A stretch of 64,000 bases of DNA from Scyliorhinus canicula (Eukaryota), in the NCBI RefSeq assembly GCF_902713615.1, contig NC_052155.1, positions 182,102,255 to 182,166,254 on the forward strand, written 5' to 3'. A program made the position numbers and the translations under genes. Position 1 is the first letter of the stretch. Every line of letters starts with the position of its first letter. Of the stretch, positions 62,853 to 64,000 are shown one piece after another. The notes beneath the pieces were generated by a model, which was not told the origin of the DNA, searched no databases, and saw only the letters and a program-made list of their open reading frames with translations.

Positions 62853-63155
62853 GGGCAGCACGGTAGCACAGTGGTTAGCACCGTTGCTTCACCGCTCCAG
62901 GATCCCAGGTTCGATTCCCGGCTTGGGTCACTGTCTGTGTGGAGACTGCACATTCTCCCCGTGTCTGCGTGGGTTTCCTCCGGGTGCTCCGGTTTCCTCC
63001 CACAAGTCCCGAAAGACGTGCTGTTAGGTGATTTAGACATTCGGAATTCTACCTCCGTGTATCCGAACAGGCGCCGGAATGTGGCGACTCGGGGATTTTC
63101 ACAGTAACTTCATTGCAGTGTTAATGTAAGCCTACTTGTGACAATAAAGATTATT
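62853..63155 (+). mobile_element. V-SINE with alternative tail
   Basis: Full length. Confidence 0.9.
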
Positions 63156-64000
63156 TTAAATAAGTCAAACATCTTCGCCGATTCATGGGCGTCCTGGTCT
63201 TGTGACTGGCCAAAAGAAGAGGGTTTCTTCGGGAAGGCACTGGACACATCGAAAGACTTCATCGGGGATGTGACGAGGCGTAGCCAAGGCGTCAGTGGGA
63301 GCACACAAACCTCCAAAATGTATCCACCTGACCCTTCAAACACCACATGTGGCAAACACCACATGTGGCAGAGTCTGCAGATCGTGCATTGGAATTATCA
63401 CCCACCACGGAACCCATCGACCTGGCGTGGAAACGAATCACCCTCAATCATGAGCGACCATGACAGCCAAGTCCAAGGGCCAAGCCATGTAGAACACAGA
63501 ATAATCTTTTCACTATTCAGAGGATATGTTTCCATTTTCACAATGCCCAATGTTAGCCCAGCATTGTGCAGCATCATAACAGGAGAAACATTTGTATAGT
63601 TCCTTGAATCGGGATAAATATCCCAAGGTGCTTTGCAAAAACAAAGGATAAAATTGACCCTGAACTGAGGAAGACCCTGGGAAGGATCACCCACATTGGC
63701 TGCTCTTAATAATATTTACACAAGTCAGGAGTTCATATTTTATTCTTTAAAAATAAGACTGAGAGAATGTTTGCACTACCTGTTGATACAGCTAAGTAAC
63801 GACATAAAATTAAATGAGGATTTACCAGAGAAAGATTGTTAGAAATGCTCGAATAGACCACTTGCTAAAATGAGAATGGGAAGATTTTGAACAGATGAAT
63901 ATTTTGATGATGGACGTGGCCCCTGAAATGGAGGCCCAAGAAACAAAGGCGAGACAGTAGATAGTCAGTGGCACCCCAACCATGGGAAAGACTGCCTGCT

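Overview
This is eukaryotic, repeat-dense DNA from a cartilaginous fish. The HE1-type V-SINEs and CR1/HER1-type LINE tails point to a shark, plausibly a catshark (inference). I can recognise no intact host protein-coding gene, so the window looks like a large intron or gene desert, and most listed ORFs are translations of repeats. Main contents: (1) a full-length but mutated Ty3/Gypsy LTR retrotransposon (22077-26930; 286-bp LTRs, ATGAC TSD) plus a related solo LTR; (2) a second, decayed Gypsy element (~41590-46250); (3) about 25 tRNA-derived SINEs with interchangeable heads and tails; (4) CR1, L2 and Rex1/Babar LINE fragments; (5) many GC-rich PIF/Harbinger non-autonomous elements with 3-bp CWK TSDs, plus a Harbinger transposase remnant; (6) two hAT MITEs; (7) Penelope-type palindromes, one with a hammerhead-ribozyme core; (8) a 10 x 35-bp minisatellite; (9) several unique-looking islands with Pbx-Hox/Meis/DR1 motifs that may be enhancers. 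The most intriguing observation is that the full-length Gypsy element has no tRNA primer-binding site. The sequence at the PBS position is instead complementary (13/14 nt) to a segment of its own LTR, which suggests tRNA-independent self-priming.
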